Made by a program: the position numbers and the translations under genes. Below the pieces are notes generated by a model. The model made no database searches, was not told the DNA's origin, and saw only the letters and a list, made by a program, of their open reading frames with translations. From assembly GCF_029865925.1 (NCBI RefSeq), contig NZ_JARXAI010000024.1:26681-90680 (forward strand): DNA of 64,000 nucleotides, in the 5' to 3' direction. Positions 48,067 through 58,651 of the stretch are shown piece after piece. Each line of letters starts with the position of its first letter. Positions within the stretch are counted from its first letter, which is position 1. The stretch comes from Sphingorhabdus sp. GTDB taxonomy: Bacteria; Pseudomonadota; Alphaproteobacteria; Sphingomonadales; Sphingomonadaceae.

Positions 48067-49584
48067 TCATTCTGCTGCGATCAACGTCTCTTCGGCTTCC
48101 CGATGTGCGCCAGCGAAGGCGGGCGCTGAAAATATCATAACGCCATCGTCAACCGGATCTTGGGTCAGAATTTTCTTCTCAGCCGTATAATTTTGCAGAA
48201 CCCGCCATGGATGACGATCACCATTTTTGGGCAATGAGTCGAAACTACGTGCGAAATAGCCAGAGCTAAAATCGGTTACGAATGGCAGCTTTGGCATATC
48301 TGGATCATCAAGAACCGGTGTTGCCACAAGCGCGTTTTTATCGTCCATTTTCCACAGCAAGCGGCAGACATAATCAGCGACGATGTCGGTCTTCAACGTC
48401 CATGACGCGTTGATATAACCAAAAACGCTGGCGAAATTGGGGATGTCGTTAAACATCACGCCCTTATAATTGAAGTGCTCACCAAAATTTATGGCATCCC
48501 CGTCGACGCTGATGGCGGTTTTGCCCATCGTCACGAGGTTCAAGCCAGTCGCAGTAATGATGATGTCGGATTCGATGTGCTTGCCCGACTTTAACTGAAT
48601 ACCCGTTTTGGTGAAGTGGTCGATGTGATCTGTAACAACTTCAGCCTTGCCTTCGGTAATCGCAGTAAACATGTTGCTATCAGGAATGAGGCAAAGGCGT
48701 TGTTCCCATGGACCGTATTTTGGCACAAAATGGGTGTCGACATCAACTGATGCAGGGAGCGCTTCCCGCGCCATGTTGACCAGTTTCTCACCCAGCTTCG
48801 CGGGATTGCGGCGCGCATACCAATAAGTGAAGCGCTGCATGTTTATGTTGCGCCACCGCGTGAGCGCGTAAGCCAGTTTCTCGGGCATAATCTTACGCAC
48901 GAATTTTGAAAATGGGTCGATGGCAGGACGCGAAACCATATATGTTGGCGAACGCTGAAGCATGGTCACCTGCGCGCCCTGTTCCGCCATAACAGGAACA
49001 ATCGTAACCGCCGTCGCACCTGAGCCGATAACGGTTACCTTCTTGCCCTTATAATCCAAATCCTTTGGCCAATGCTGCGGATGGATGATTTGGCCGCCAA
49101 AGTTGGCTTCGCCTGCAAAATCGGGCTTATAACCCTTATCATAGTCATAATAGCCAGCGCACATGAACAGGAAACGCGCAGCAAAGTGACGTTCATTGCC
49201 ACCATCAACGGCCTTAGCCGTTACATGCCAGCGCGCATCTGGGCTTGACCAATTGGCCGAGATAACTTGATGGCCAAAATGGATATGCTGCGAAATTCCA
49301 TATTCCTCGGCGGTTTCATGGACATATTCGTGAATGGATGGACCATCCGCGATCGTCTTTTCATGCAACCATGGTTTGAAGCGATATCCCAAAGTGTGCA
49401 TGTCAGAGTCAGACCGGATACCGGGGTAACGGAACAGATCCCATGTACCACCCATATCGGCGCGCTGCTCAACAATGGCGTAACTCTTGTTCGGGCATTG
49501 CATTGTAAGGTGCGCCGCAGCGCCGATGCCGGACAATCCAGCTCCTACGATCAAAACATCTACTGTCGTCTCAGCCTGCGCCAT
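48067..49584 (-). CDS. Flavin-containing (Baeyer-Villiger/EthA-like) monooxygenase
   Basis: GAGLSG, GGTWDLFRYPGIRSDS, fingerprint FGGQIIHPQHW, GSGATA, LQRSPTY and ATG. Start moved to MAQAET. Confidence 0.93.
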   Translation of the reverse strand: MAQAETTVDVLIVGAGLSGIGAAAHLTMQCPNKSYAIVEQRADMGGTWDLFRYPGIRSDSDMHTLGYRFKPWLHEKTIADGPSIHEYVHETAEEYGISQHIHFGHQVISANWSSPDARWHVTAKAVDGGNERHFAARFLFMCAGYYDYDKGYKPDFAGEANFGGQIIHPQHWPKDLDYKGKKVTVIGSGATAVTIVPVMAEQGAQVTMLQRSPTYMVSRPAIDPFSKFVRKIMPEKLAYALTRWRNINMQRFTYWYARRNPAKLGEKLVNMAREALPASVDVDTHFVPKYGPWEQRLCLIPDSNMFTAITEGKAEVVTDHIDHFTKTGIQLKSGKHIESDIIITATGLNLVTMGKTAISVDGDAINFGEHFNYKGVMFNDIPNFASVFGYINASWTLKTDIVADYVCRLLWKMDDKNALVATPVLDDPDMPKLPFVTDFSSGYFARSFDSLPKNGDRHPWRVLQNYTAEKKILTQDPVDDGVMIFSAPAFAGAHREAEETLIAAE

Positions 49585-49621
49585 ATGCCTCTCCAATTTA
49601 TGAGAAAATCTTACTGACATC

Positions 49622-49636
49622 GTTGCAAATTGCAAC
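49622..49636. promoter_or_regulatory. Perfect 15-bp palindrome between divergent BVMO and phnA-like genes
   Basis: GTTGCAA-A-TTGCAAC. Confidence 0.35.
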
Positions 49637-49698
49637 CGGCTTTCGCGTCATGCGAAATGCCGCTACGGCAGTGGGGGGCCAATAAGGAATTGTGCATC

Positions 49699-50010
49699 AT
49701 GAGCGACGCAAATGACGAAGATTATGTCTATGACGAGGCATCTGGGGAATGGATAAGCGCCGCCGCTGCCAAGACAGCAACTGAGGCAGACGGTGCCGTC
49801 GAAGTGCGCGACGCGGTTGGGAATCTGCTTATGGATGGCGACCAAGTAACCTTGATTAAGGATTTAACCGTCAAGGGCGCTGGACAGACTTTGAAACGTG
49901 GAACGCTGATCAAGTCCATCCGCTTGACGGGCGATGCGCAGGAGATTGATTGCCGTTTCGACGGTATAAAGGGCCTGGTGCTGCGCGCCGAGTTCGTGCG
50001 GAAACGATAA
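49699..50010 (+). CDS. PhnA/YjdM-family protein ('alkylphosphonate utilization')
   Basis: EDYVYDEASGEW followed by VRDAVGNLL.DGD.V.LIKDL.VKG...LKRGT.IK.IRL...LRAEFVRK. Confidence 0.88.
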   Translation: MSDANDEDYVYDEASGEWISAAAAKTATEADGAVEVRDAVGNLLMDGDQVTLIKDLTVKGAGQTLKRGTLIKSIRLTGDAQEIDCRFDGIKGLVLRAEFVRKR

Positions 50011-50402
50011 TGATCCGCTCCAGCCTCCGCGTAATTCTCGCCTTGTTCTACCTCGTGGCAGGGATCCTGCATCTCTTCTCACCGGGCGGATTTTTGGCCA
50101 TTACGCCGCACTGGGTGCCCTTCCCAGAGATCGTGGTAGCAGTCACTGGCGTTGCCGAAATCGCAGGAGCCGTTGGCCTAATGATCCCGCAGACGCGCAA
50201 ATGGGCCGCAATTGGCCTTGCACTTTATGCCTTGTGCGTATGGCCAGCCAACTTCAACCATGCGTTCAACGGCATCGCGTTTGACGGAAATACGCTGAGT
50301 TGGTGGTATCATGGTCCGCGACTGGCATTTCAGCCCGTGCTGATCTGGCTCGCTTTTTGGGTCGGGCACATCACCAACTGGCCATTTGGGAAGTCGCGTT
50401 AA
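50010..50402 (+). CDS. DoxX-like membrane protein
   Basis: ATG overlaps the phnA stop (TAATG); AGILH, P.WVP, GVAEIAGA.GL, WPANFNHA and PRL..QPVLIW. Confidence 0.82.
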   Translation: MIRSSLRVILALFYLVAGILHLFSPGGFLAITPHWVPFPEIVVAVTGVAEIAGAVGLMIPQTRKWAAIGLALYALCVWPANFNHAFNGIAFDGNTLSWWYHGPRLAFQPVLIWLAFWVGHITNWPFGKSR

Positions 50403-50643
50403 CCATTGACGCCTTCTTCTGTTTTCCTGCATGCCGACCTGCGGTTCATAGTCGCCATTTCGCTTTTGCGGGCAATTCTCGTTTTATCCGCAATGTGGAT
50501 GACAGGCGCCGCACGAAATTAGCGCATGCCCTTCTTGAAAACTGGATGCCGCATCCCCAGTTCAAACAAGCGGGCCGGGCCCCTCTGGTCGTCATGTGAC
50601 GGCGATGTCGGACCGCTTATATGACAACAAGAGGAGTCTCGAT

Positions 50644-50955
50644 ATGAACGCAGCCGTTGGAATGCCTTGCCCTGTATGCAAGGTACCGCTGGTGATGAGC
50701 GATCGCCAAGGTGTAGAAATTGATTATTGCCCGCAATGCCGTGGAGTTTGGCTTGATCGTGGGGAGCTCGACAAAATTATAGAGCGCAGCGCTGCTGCAG
50801 AAATGCCTCCGCAACCCGCCCCTGCCCCGCAAGCAGCGCCGCCACCCCAAGGCGGGTTCGCACCGCAAGGCTATGGGCAGCAACACCAAGGCTATGGGCA
50901 TGGCTACCCGTATAAAAAACGCAAAAAGTCGTTTCTTGAAGAGCTGTTCGACTAA
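50644..50955 (+). CDS. zf-TFIIB-domain protein
   Basis: AGGAG RBS; CPVC...GVEIDYCPQCRGVWLDRGELDKII; Pro/Gly/Gln-rich linker; KKRKKSFLEELFD. Confidence 0.9.
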   Translation: MNAAVGMPCPVCKVPLVMSDRQGVEIDYCPQCRGVWLDRGELDKIIERSAAAEMPPQPAPAPQAAPPPQGGFAPQGYGQQHQGYGHGYPYKKRKKSFLEELFD

Positions 50956-50972
50956 ACGTCGGCGCGTGACAC

Positions 50973-51006
50973 AAAAAAAGGGCCGCCTTCCGGCGGCCCT
51001 TTTTTT
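50973..51006. terminator. Bidirectional intrinsic terminator
   Basis: AAAAAAAGGGCCGCC-ttcc-GGCGGCCCTTTTTTT between convergent zf-TFIIB and csp genes. Confidence 0.9.
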
Positions 51007-51020
51007 AATATTTCGGCTGA

Positions 51021-51230
51021 TTAATCAGCTGAAGACAGGTTAATGGCCGAAGCCTTACCGTTGCGGCCGATTTCGACTTCGAAATTCACGCGCTGTTCTT
51101 TATCAAGCGAATGCATGCCGGCTGCCTGAACGGCCGAGATGTGTACGAAGCTGTCATCACCGCCGCCATCAGGCGCGATAAAGCCATAGCCCTTGTCTGC
51201 ATTGAAAAATTTTACGGTGCCTACTGGCAT
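51021..51230 (-). CDS. Cold-shock protein (CspA family)
   Basis: GTVKFFNADKGYGFI (RNP1) and FVHISA (RNP2); 69 aa; AGGA RBS. Confidence 0.97.
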   Translation of the reverse strand: MPVGTVKFFNADKGYGFIAPDGGGDDSFVHISAVQAAGMHSLDKEQRVNFEVEIGRNGKASAINLSSAD

Positions 51231-51375
51231 AATATGTTCCTTTCACGAAACAGGTGACCACCTGACAACAGCGCCAAGTGGGTAGCCAAGTCGTGGTAGG
51301 AAAGACGTTGCACGTTCCGATCATCTGACCCGATGCGTGCTTCAAATTCCGTCGCGGTCGACGATAGCGTTTTAA
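51231..51375 (-). promoter_or_regulatory. Long 5' leader of the cold-shock gene (possible thermosensitive UTR)
   Basis: About 145-190 nt non-coding upstream of csp. Long leaders are typical of cold-induced csp genes. Boundaries are approximate. Confidence 0.35.
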
Positions 51376-51422
51376 CGGTATACGCTTCATTTACCTAATG
51401 TGCAAACAGAAGCGGAACATAG

Positions 51423-51761
51423 CTACTTATTCCGGCTCACCGGCAATTTCGGGCACCGGCGGAGCAGGCGTATGCCCAATCGTTTCCGGTTGGCGACGAC
51501 AGTTTTGGAATAATGCGCGATGCTGCCACTGACGATGGCTTCGGGGCTGCTGCCGAGCTTTCCGCGCATCAGGTCACAGCCAAGCGTGATATTTGCTCCG
51601 ACCTTCTCCTTCACCATCCGCTCCGCCTCCCGCGCTGCATTCGGTCCGCCAAGCGCCAGACTGCCGATGCGCATCGCGATCACCATGTTCGATTCCGCGG
51701 CAAGCGCCCAAGCATCCATGCCAATGTCGAACCAGTTGGGGGTTTTGGGTGTCGTGGTCAT
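51423..51761 (-). CDS. Conserved hypothetical helical protein
   Basis: W..LAAESNMVIAMR...LALGG..A.REAERMV.EKV....V.ANRKRL pattern seen in alphaproteobacterial hypotheticals. Start moved to MTTTPK. Confidence 0.65.
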   Translation of the reverse strand: MTTTPKTPNWFDIGMDAWALAAESNMVIAMRIGSLALGGPNAAREAERMVKEKVGANITLGCDLMRGKLGSSPEAIVSGSIAHYSKTVVANRKRLGIRLLRRCPKLPVSRNK

Positions 51762-51951
51762 GACCCACCCTAACCCGCCCCAACAGAATGTCACGCGGCA
51801 ATGAAGGGGTGCAGTCCGGTGGGCGCCGCGTAGTGCATCATATCCTAGCGATGACGCGCCCCCACATGCAGCCTCCCACCTCCATACTTTCCATTTCCCA
51901 AAACCACCGCACACTCCTAAGGGCCTCTATTACATTTTTGTGACGAGTTTC

Positions 51952-52932
51952 ATGTTTGAAGTTGATGCAGTCATTACTTGGGTGGACGGGGCGGACCCTG
52001 TGCATAGGGCGAAGCGGGAGCGACATCTGGCGTTAGCACAGGCTGACGCGGTGGCTCAAGCGCGTGCGCCGCTGCATGACAATGGCACCAACCCCCATCG
52101 GTGGCTGTGCAGCGACGAGCTGAATTATTGTGTGCGCTCCATCGCCAACAATGCGCCTTGGGTGCGGCAGATTTGGATCGTTACCGATGCCCAGACGCCG
52201 GAAATTATGCAGCTTCCCCCTGAAATCGCCGCAAAGATCAGCATCGTTGATCACAGAGAGATATTTGCAGGCTATGACGACGCGTTGCAGACGTTCAATT
52301 CGCTGTCGATTGAAACAATGCTGTGGCGTATCCCCGGCCTTGCCGAACATTTCTTATATTTCAACGATGACGTCTTCCTAACCGCGCCCGTGACGCGCTC
52401 GGATTTCTTTGCGGGCGATGGCCCAGTGCTGCGCGGCCAATGGGCGGACCACAGCGACCTTGTGGCATGCGGCGCCCGGCGTGATGACGCAAGCATGCTG
52501 AACCATTTTAATCAGATCAACGCCGCACAGATGATTGGCTATACCGCAGACCAAGTGTTTGAAAGCGCGCATGTCGTCCACCCAATGCAGCGTTCGGTGA
52601 TGGCGCAATTGTTCGATACCTATCGCAACGCCTTTATCTCCAATGCCAGTTTCCGCTTTCGCGATGCTGGGCAGTTTCTGCCGCAAAGCCTGCATAATCA
52701 TGCCTGCCTTGCCGACGGGAGCGCCGCGATATTGGACACGCGCGATTATCTGCACGTCGCGGTGGGCGCAGTGGATGCTTGGTCCGCCGATGATGTCCGA
52801 GGCTATTTATGCGGCCGCGAATGGAACGCGATTAAATTCCTATGCGTCAATGACCTACCAGAAGTTGAACGCAGCTTCCCCGATGCACGTTTGTGGATCG
52901 AGGAAGCGATTAGCCGTTCGGGTGCTGTCTAA
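51952..52932 (+). CDS. Stealth-family hexose-1-phosphate phosphotransferase
   Basis: CR1 VDAVITWVDGADP; CR2 DELNYCVRSI..NAPWVR.I.IVTD.Q.P...TFNS..IE..L.RIPGLAEHFLYFNDDVF; CR3 HVVHPMQRS; CR4 KFLCVND. Confidence 0.92.
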   Translation: MFEVDAVITWVDGADPVHRAKRERHLALAQADAVAQARAPLHDNGTNPHRWLCSDELNYCVRSIANNAPWVRQIWIVTDAQTPEIMQLPPEIAAKISIVDHREIFAGYDDALQTFNSLSIETMLWRIPGLAEHFLYFNDDVFLTAPVTRSDFFAGDGPVLRGQWADHSDLVACGARRDDASMLNHFNQINAAQMIGYTADQVFESAHVVHPMQRSVMAQLFDTYRNAFISNASFRFRDAGQFLPQSLHNHACLADGSAAILDTRDYLHVAVGAVDAWSADDVRGYLCGREWNAIKFLCVNDLPEVERSFPDARLWIEEAISRSGAV

Positions 52933-52935
52933 CGC

Positions 52936-54810
<1,875 letters not shown>

Positions 54811-54844
54811 TTATTTGAGGAGAGCGCGGATGTTGACTGCCGCT

Positions 54845-54932
54845 CCCTCCCTACGCCCGTGCCAACGGGATCAGGTTCAGCGGGTCGTGGGCATTACAGC
54901 ACCACCTCTCAGTCATGCGACTCCCCGGGGGT
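54845..54932 (-). promoter_or_regulatory. TPP riboswitch upstream of thiC
   Basis: Minus strand GGGGAGTC-gcat-GACTGAGA...GACCCGCTGAACCTGATCCCGTTGGCACGGGCGTAGGGAG has the canonical CTGAGA and ACCCG.TGAACCTGAT motifs. Downstream hairpin CTCTCC/GGAGAG (54801-54824) sequesters the RBS. Confidence 0.95.
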
Positions 54933-55087
54933 ATTACGGTTTTAGAAGCAATCATCAATACTGTCCAGCGTGGCGTGGTTACCCAATCTGGCGGCGATGT
55001 AACGGGCGATCTTTTGGCATCATTGATCAACCGCGAATAACTAACAAAGCTATACAGACCCCAGCCTCCATAACGCCGGAGATGCAA

Positions 55088-55561
55088 TTAAAGCATATAT
55101 TTCATCTGGACCCGTTGGCTAACGTCTGCTGCATTAATGGCGAAGGCGGCCGAGCGAAACTTGGGCGGTCCGGTCATCACCGCAGGGTTGCGTGAAAAGC
55201 CATAACCTTCTCGTGGCAAAAACACTGCCATGTCCATTTTGCTGTTCGAATTTTCGTCGTGAACAATGGCGACGGCATATGTACCGGGGCTCATGCCGTT
55301 GAAGGAGACCATAGCGGCCTTATTAGCCGGCACATTGGCCCGAAGGCTTTTGGGATCCTTGCTACAATCGGGAAAAAAACGTGGATTTGCCGTGACGCAT
55401 ACAAGGACATTGCCCTTACTACTGCGCAGGCCATAAATATTGACCTCAAGCGTCACAGCGGACGAAGCGGCCTCAGCCCCGCTAACGAGGACGGTGGTTC
55501 CAACTGCCAAGCCCAAGATCAGTGCCGCACATTTTGTCCCAAAACCTGAAATATAAACCAT
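55088..55561 (-). CDS. DUF2141-family exported protein
   Basis: GLRSSKGNV.VCV, PGTYAVAIVHDENSNSKMD, P.EGYGFSRNP and PPKF..A.F. The signal peptide overlaps the crtG 3' end; start uncertain (55582, 55561 or an internal TTG). Confidence 0.88.
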   Translation of the reverse strand: MVYISGFGTKCAALILGLAVGTTVLVSGAEAASSAVTLEVNIYGLRSSKGNVLVCVTANPRFFPDCSKDPKSLRANVPANKAAMVSFNGMSPGTYAVAIVHDENSNSKMDMAVFLPREGYGFSRNPAVMTGPPKFRSAAFAINAADVSQRVQMKYML

Positions 55562-56216
55562 AATTCCCCCGATACGCATCATGATGCTTCTGGTGATGCG
55601 TTGCTGTTATCAGCCATTGTCCTAATTTGCCGTTAACTATGAATTTCGGAAAGCATTCCCAGCCCATATGGTTGGTCACCCCCATTATGGTCATGATCGC
55701 TAGCACAGCGCCTAAAGCCCCTACATGAACAGGTATGATAAAAACCAACGCAGGAATGACAAAGGCGCCAGATAAGGCCTCCCATGGATGAAAGGCCATC
55801 GCTGCCCATGCGGTTGGCGGGCGGCTTTCATGGTGCACGGCATGCGCCGCCTTGAACCAAAACGGACGATGCATCAGACGATGCGTCCAATAGAACCAAG
55901 TATCGTGCGCCAATAGATACACGAAAACTGATACCGGAAGATACCACAAGGGAAGTGCGTCTATGTCGCGGTAAATCTGCGTCCAGCCTAAGCTATCCCA
56001 GCCCCAAGCAACAATTCCGGCTGGTATGCCGTAAATGGCTGCGCTGGCCAGGCTCCATTTAATCTCACTTTTGATTTGCTTATCGAGGCCGGTGTAGAGG
56101 CCGGGTTCACGAACCCGGGTTGCCCAGGCAAACGCCCCGCTAACAAGCAAATACCGTATACCGACAATTGCCGTCATCGCAGCGGCAGACATAATCAAGA
56201 CACGCAAGCTATCCAT
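55482..56216 (-). CDS. crtG: Carotenoid 2,2'-beta-hydroxylase (sterol desaturase family)
   Basis: His boxes HDTWFYWTHRLMH, HAVHH, NHMG and THHQKHH...NYGLYFRFWD; GIRYLL and LPLWYLPVS..VYLLAHD resemble Brevundimonas CrtG; adjacent to crtY/I/B. Confidence 0.82.
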   Translation of the reverse strand: MDSLRVLIMSAAAMTAIVGIRYLLVSGAFAWATRVREPGLYTGLDKQIKSEIKWSLASAAIYGIPAGIVAWGWDSLGWTQIYRDIDALPLWYLPVSVFVYLLAHDTWFYWTHRLMHRPFWFKAAHAVHHESRPPTAWAAMAFHPWEALSGAFVIPALVFIIPVHVGALGAVLAIMTIMGVTNHMGWECFPKFIVNGKLGQWLITATHHQKHHDAYRGNYGLYFRFWDKMCGTDLGLGSWNHRPR

Positions 56217-56240
56217 CCGCCGCCCTTACATGCGTTGATA

Positions 56241-57299
56241 TCACTTTAGCAAATTGCGCGTTTTAAATTCATGCGGTCCCGAGATACTGATCACATCACC
56301 ATCCTGCATTACGGCCATTGGTCCATCATATCGGTCCGCGGTTTTGCCCAACAGCGCAAACTGAAGCGCCTTCGGCACCGATGGAACGATATGGGTAAAG
56401 GCAAGCATGCCTACCCCCGCAGACTTGGCGACATCGGCGGCTTCTTCGGGGCTGATGTGGTAGTTCTCTATATCCTTAAAGATTTTGGCGCGGTTGGTCA
56501 TTCCCGCCTTTTGCGCGCTGCGGGCTAGAATATCGACGATGCGTGGCGAAAGCATCTCACTCACCAACAGGTCCGTTCCCTTGGCGGCGGCCGCAAGCTT
56601 AGGTGTAAAGGCAGTGTCGCCCGTGATGGTCACGCTTTTACCCTTGAACGCCACACGATACCCGAATGCCGGTTTGATGGGGTCATGGTCGACTGCAAAT
56701 GCTGTGATACGGACATTGTTCGCGTCATAGACAGTTCCTGGCTGAATGGCCGTGCCGACCATGCCAAAACCGGACGACGACACCACAGCTTCGCCATGAT
56801 GCGCAATGCGGTAGGTGGAATCAATGCGATAGGCCGCGTTCAGTCCTTGGGTGATTTCCGTGACGCCTTCGGGGCCGGACACCGTTAAAGGTGTTTTGGC
56901 GGATGCACCTGCCCAGCGTTGCAAAGTAAATGGACCAAGGCCTTCAAAATGGTCGCTATGCAAATGGGTCAGCCACACGCCTTGCACTTTGTCCAGCGGC
57001 ATCCCCATCAGAGATAATGTTTCGCCGGAGCCTTCACCCATGTCAAAAACAAACAGCCTACCACCCGCAATAACGACGGTGCACGCGGCCGCACGATCCC
57101 GGCTTGGCAATGGCGAACCTGTTCCGCAAAAGCCGACATGTAATTGGTCAGCAGGTAAGTCCGCCATGACGTTTCGTGTAATGGCTGTATCTGCGGCACG
57201 GGTGATCAGCGCCATCGCGATTGGATCGCGCTGCGTATACGCAACGCCGCCAACAACAGCCGCGAGCCCAAGTGTCGCCAAAAGCCATTTTTTACGCAT
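56241..57299 (-). CDS. MBL-fold metallo-hydrolase (AtsA/ElaC/RNase Z-like) with N-terminal signal/anchor
   Basis: FCGTGSP, FDMGEG, THLHSDH, VDH.P...FGYR, ITGDT and AFTHIVP. Start moved to MRKKWLL. Confidence 0.88.
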   Translation of the reverse strand: MRKKWLLATLGLAAVVGGVAYTQRDPIAMALITRAADTAITRNVMADLPADQLHVGFCGTGSPLPSRDRAAACTVVIAGGRLFVFDMGEGSGETLSLMGMPLDKVQGVWLTHLHSDHFEGLGPFTLQRWAGASAKTPLTVSGPEGVTEITQGLNAAYRIDSTYRIAHHGEAVVSSSGFGMVGTAIQPGTVYDANNVRITAFAVDHDPIKPAFGYRVAFKGKSVTITGDTAFTPKLAAAAKGTDLLVSEMLSPRIVDILARSAQKAGMTNRAKIFKDIENYHISPEEAADVAKSAGVGMLAFTHIVPSVPKALQFALLGKTADRYDGPMAVMQDGDVISISGPHEFKTRNLLK

Positions 57300-57484
57300 T
57301 TTACTTCCTCCCAATTTAACCGCCCTTCGCCACGAAGTCTCTGTGTATCTAGGCTTACCAGTCTGGAATTGCATCAGAAAAATTTTGCTGTGCCCTGCGC
57401 GTTACCGCACCAAGTAGACAGAAAGCTGTGTATGACCTTGGCAGAGCCCTTTCCCTTGTAAAATGGCTGCGCTAGGGCGTTGAG

Positions 57485-58651
57485 GTGACAATTGAAAATA
57501 TCAAATGCGACGTTGCCATCGTTGGTGGCGGTCTGGCCGGCGGGCTGATCGCGCTGGCGCTTGCCAAGATGCGGCCCGAGTTACATGTTGTTCTCATCGA
57601 ACAAGGTCAAAGCTTTGGCGGCAATCATATTTGGAGCTACTTCGCGAGCGACATTTTGCCTGAGCATCGCTGGCTGACCGCGCCCTTGGTCACTTATGGC
57701 TGGTCGGGTTATGACGTGAAATTTCCCGGGCACAGCCGGTCACTCGACAATATCTATTACACAATCGATTCCGAGCGGCTTGACTGGGTTTTGCGGAAAA
57801 ACCTTCCTGCATCGTCACTCATGTTGGGTAGGGAGGTTAAGGCCGTTTCGCCCCGTCTTGTGGTACTCGACGGCGCGCAGCGGATCAACGCTGGCGGCGT
57901 TATTGACGTGCGCGGCGCAGGTGATTTGAACCATCTCGACTGCGGTTGGCAAAAATTCACCGGACAATTGATGCAATTGTCCGAGCCGCATAACATTACC
58001 AAGCCAATTGTCATGGACGCCACGGTGGACCAGCATGATGGCTATCGCTTTGTCTACATCCTGCCCTTTGGCATGGACAAATTGTTTGTCGAAGACACTT
58101 ATTACAGCGACAAGCCCGACCATGACCCACGCATTTTGCGGCAACGGCTGGCGGCTTATGCCGACGAAAAAGGCTGGAAAGTCGAACGCGTCCTGCGTGA
58201 GGAAAATGGCGTTCTGCCAGTCGTTATGGGCGGTGATTTGGAAAGCTATTGGAATAGCGGTAGTGGCCGAACGGCCAAGGCCGGCGCGCGGGGTGCATTT
58301 TTTCAACCTGTGACCAGTTACTCCCTGCCCGACGCCGTGCGCAACGCGATTTTCATTGCCGAGCAGCCTGAGCTTGATGGTGACAAGCTGAACCTCGCGC
58401 TGCGTCAACGGGCAGAGGAGCATTGGCGTAAGGGCAAATTCTTCCGTATGCTGAACCGCATGCTCTTCCGCGGCGCAGATGGTGCAGACCGGTACAAGAT
58501 ATTGGAACGGTTTTACCGGCTAACGCCCGGATTGATCGCGCGCTTTTACGCTGGAAATACTACGCTTGGAGATAAGGCGCGGATCCTCTCCGGTAAGCCA
58601 CCCATTTCGATAAGGCGGGCGATAAAAGCGATCCGGAGCAAAAAGAAGTGA
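57485..58651 (+). CDS. crtY: Lycopene beta-cyclase
   Basis: DVAIVGGGLAGGLIA, GGNHIWS, WQKFTG, P.VMDATV.Q.DGYRFVY.LPF, TSYSLP, LNRMLF and ERFYRL...I.RFYA. Confidence 0.95.
   Translation: MTIENIKCDVAIVGGGLAGGLIALALAKMRPELHVVLIEQGQSFGGNHIWSYFASDILPEHRWLTAPLVTYGWSGYDVKFPGHSRSLDNIYYTIDSERLDWVLRKNLPASSLMLGREVKAVSPRLVVLDGAQRINAGGVIDVRGAGDLNHLDCGWQKFTGQLMQLSEPHNITKPIVMDATVDQHDGYRFVYILPFGMDKLFVEDTYYSDKPDHDPRILRQRLAAYADEKGWKVERVLREENGVLPVVMGGDLESYWNSGSGRTAKAGARGAFFQPVTSYSLPDAVRNAIFIAEQPELDGDKLNLALRQRAEEHWRKGKFFRMLNRMLFRGADGADRYKILERFYRLTPGLIARFYAGNTTLGDKARILSGKPPISIRRAIKAIRSKKK

Noticed and set aside
51423-51475. Basic C-terminal tail (GIRLLRRCPKLPVSRNK) of the hypothetical protein as stop-codon loss
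   Set aside because: Cannot be judged without orthologue alignment.
54915-55040. 41-codon plus-strand ORF MRLPGGITVLEAIINTVQRGVVTQSGGDVTGDLLASLINRE beside the TPP riboswitch
   Set aside because: No RBS, and it starts antisense inside the riboswitch. It reads protein-like and could be a C-terminal gene remnant, but I cannot assign it; BLASTx would decide.
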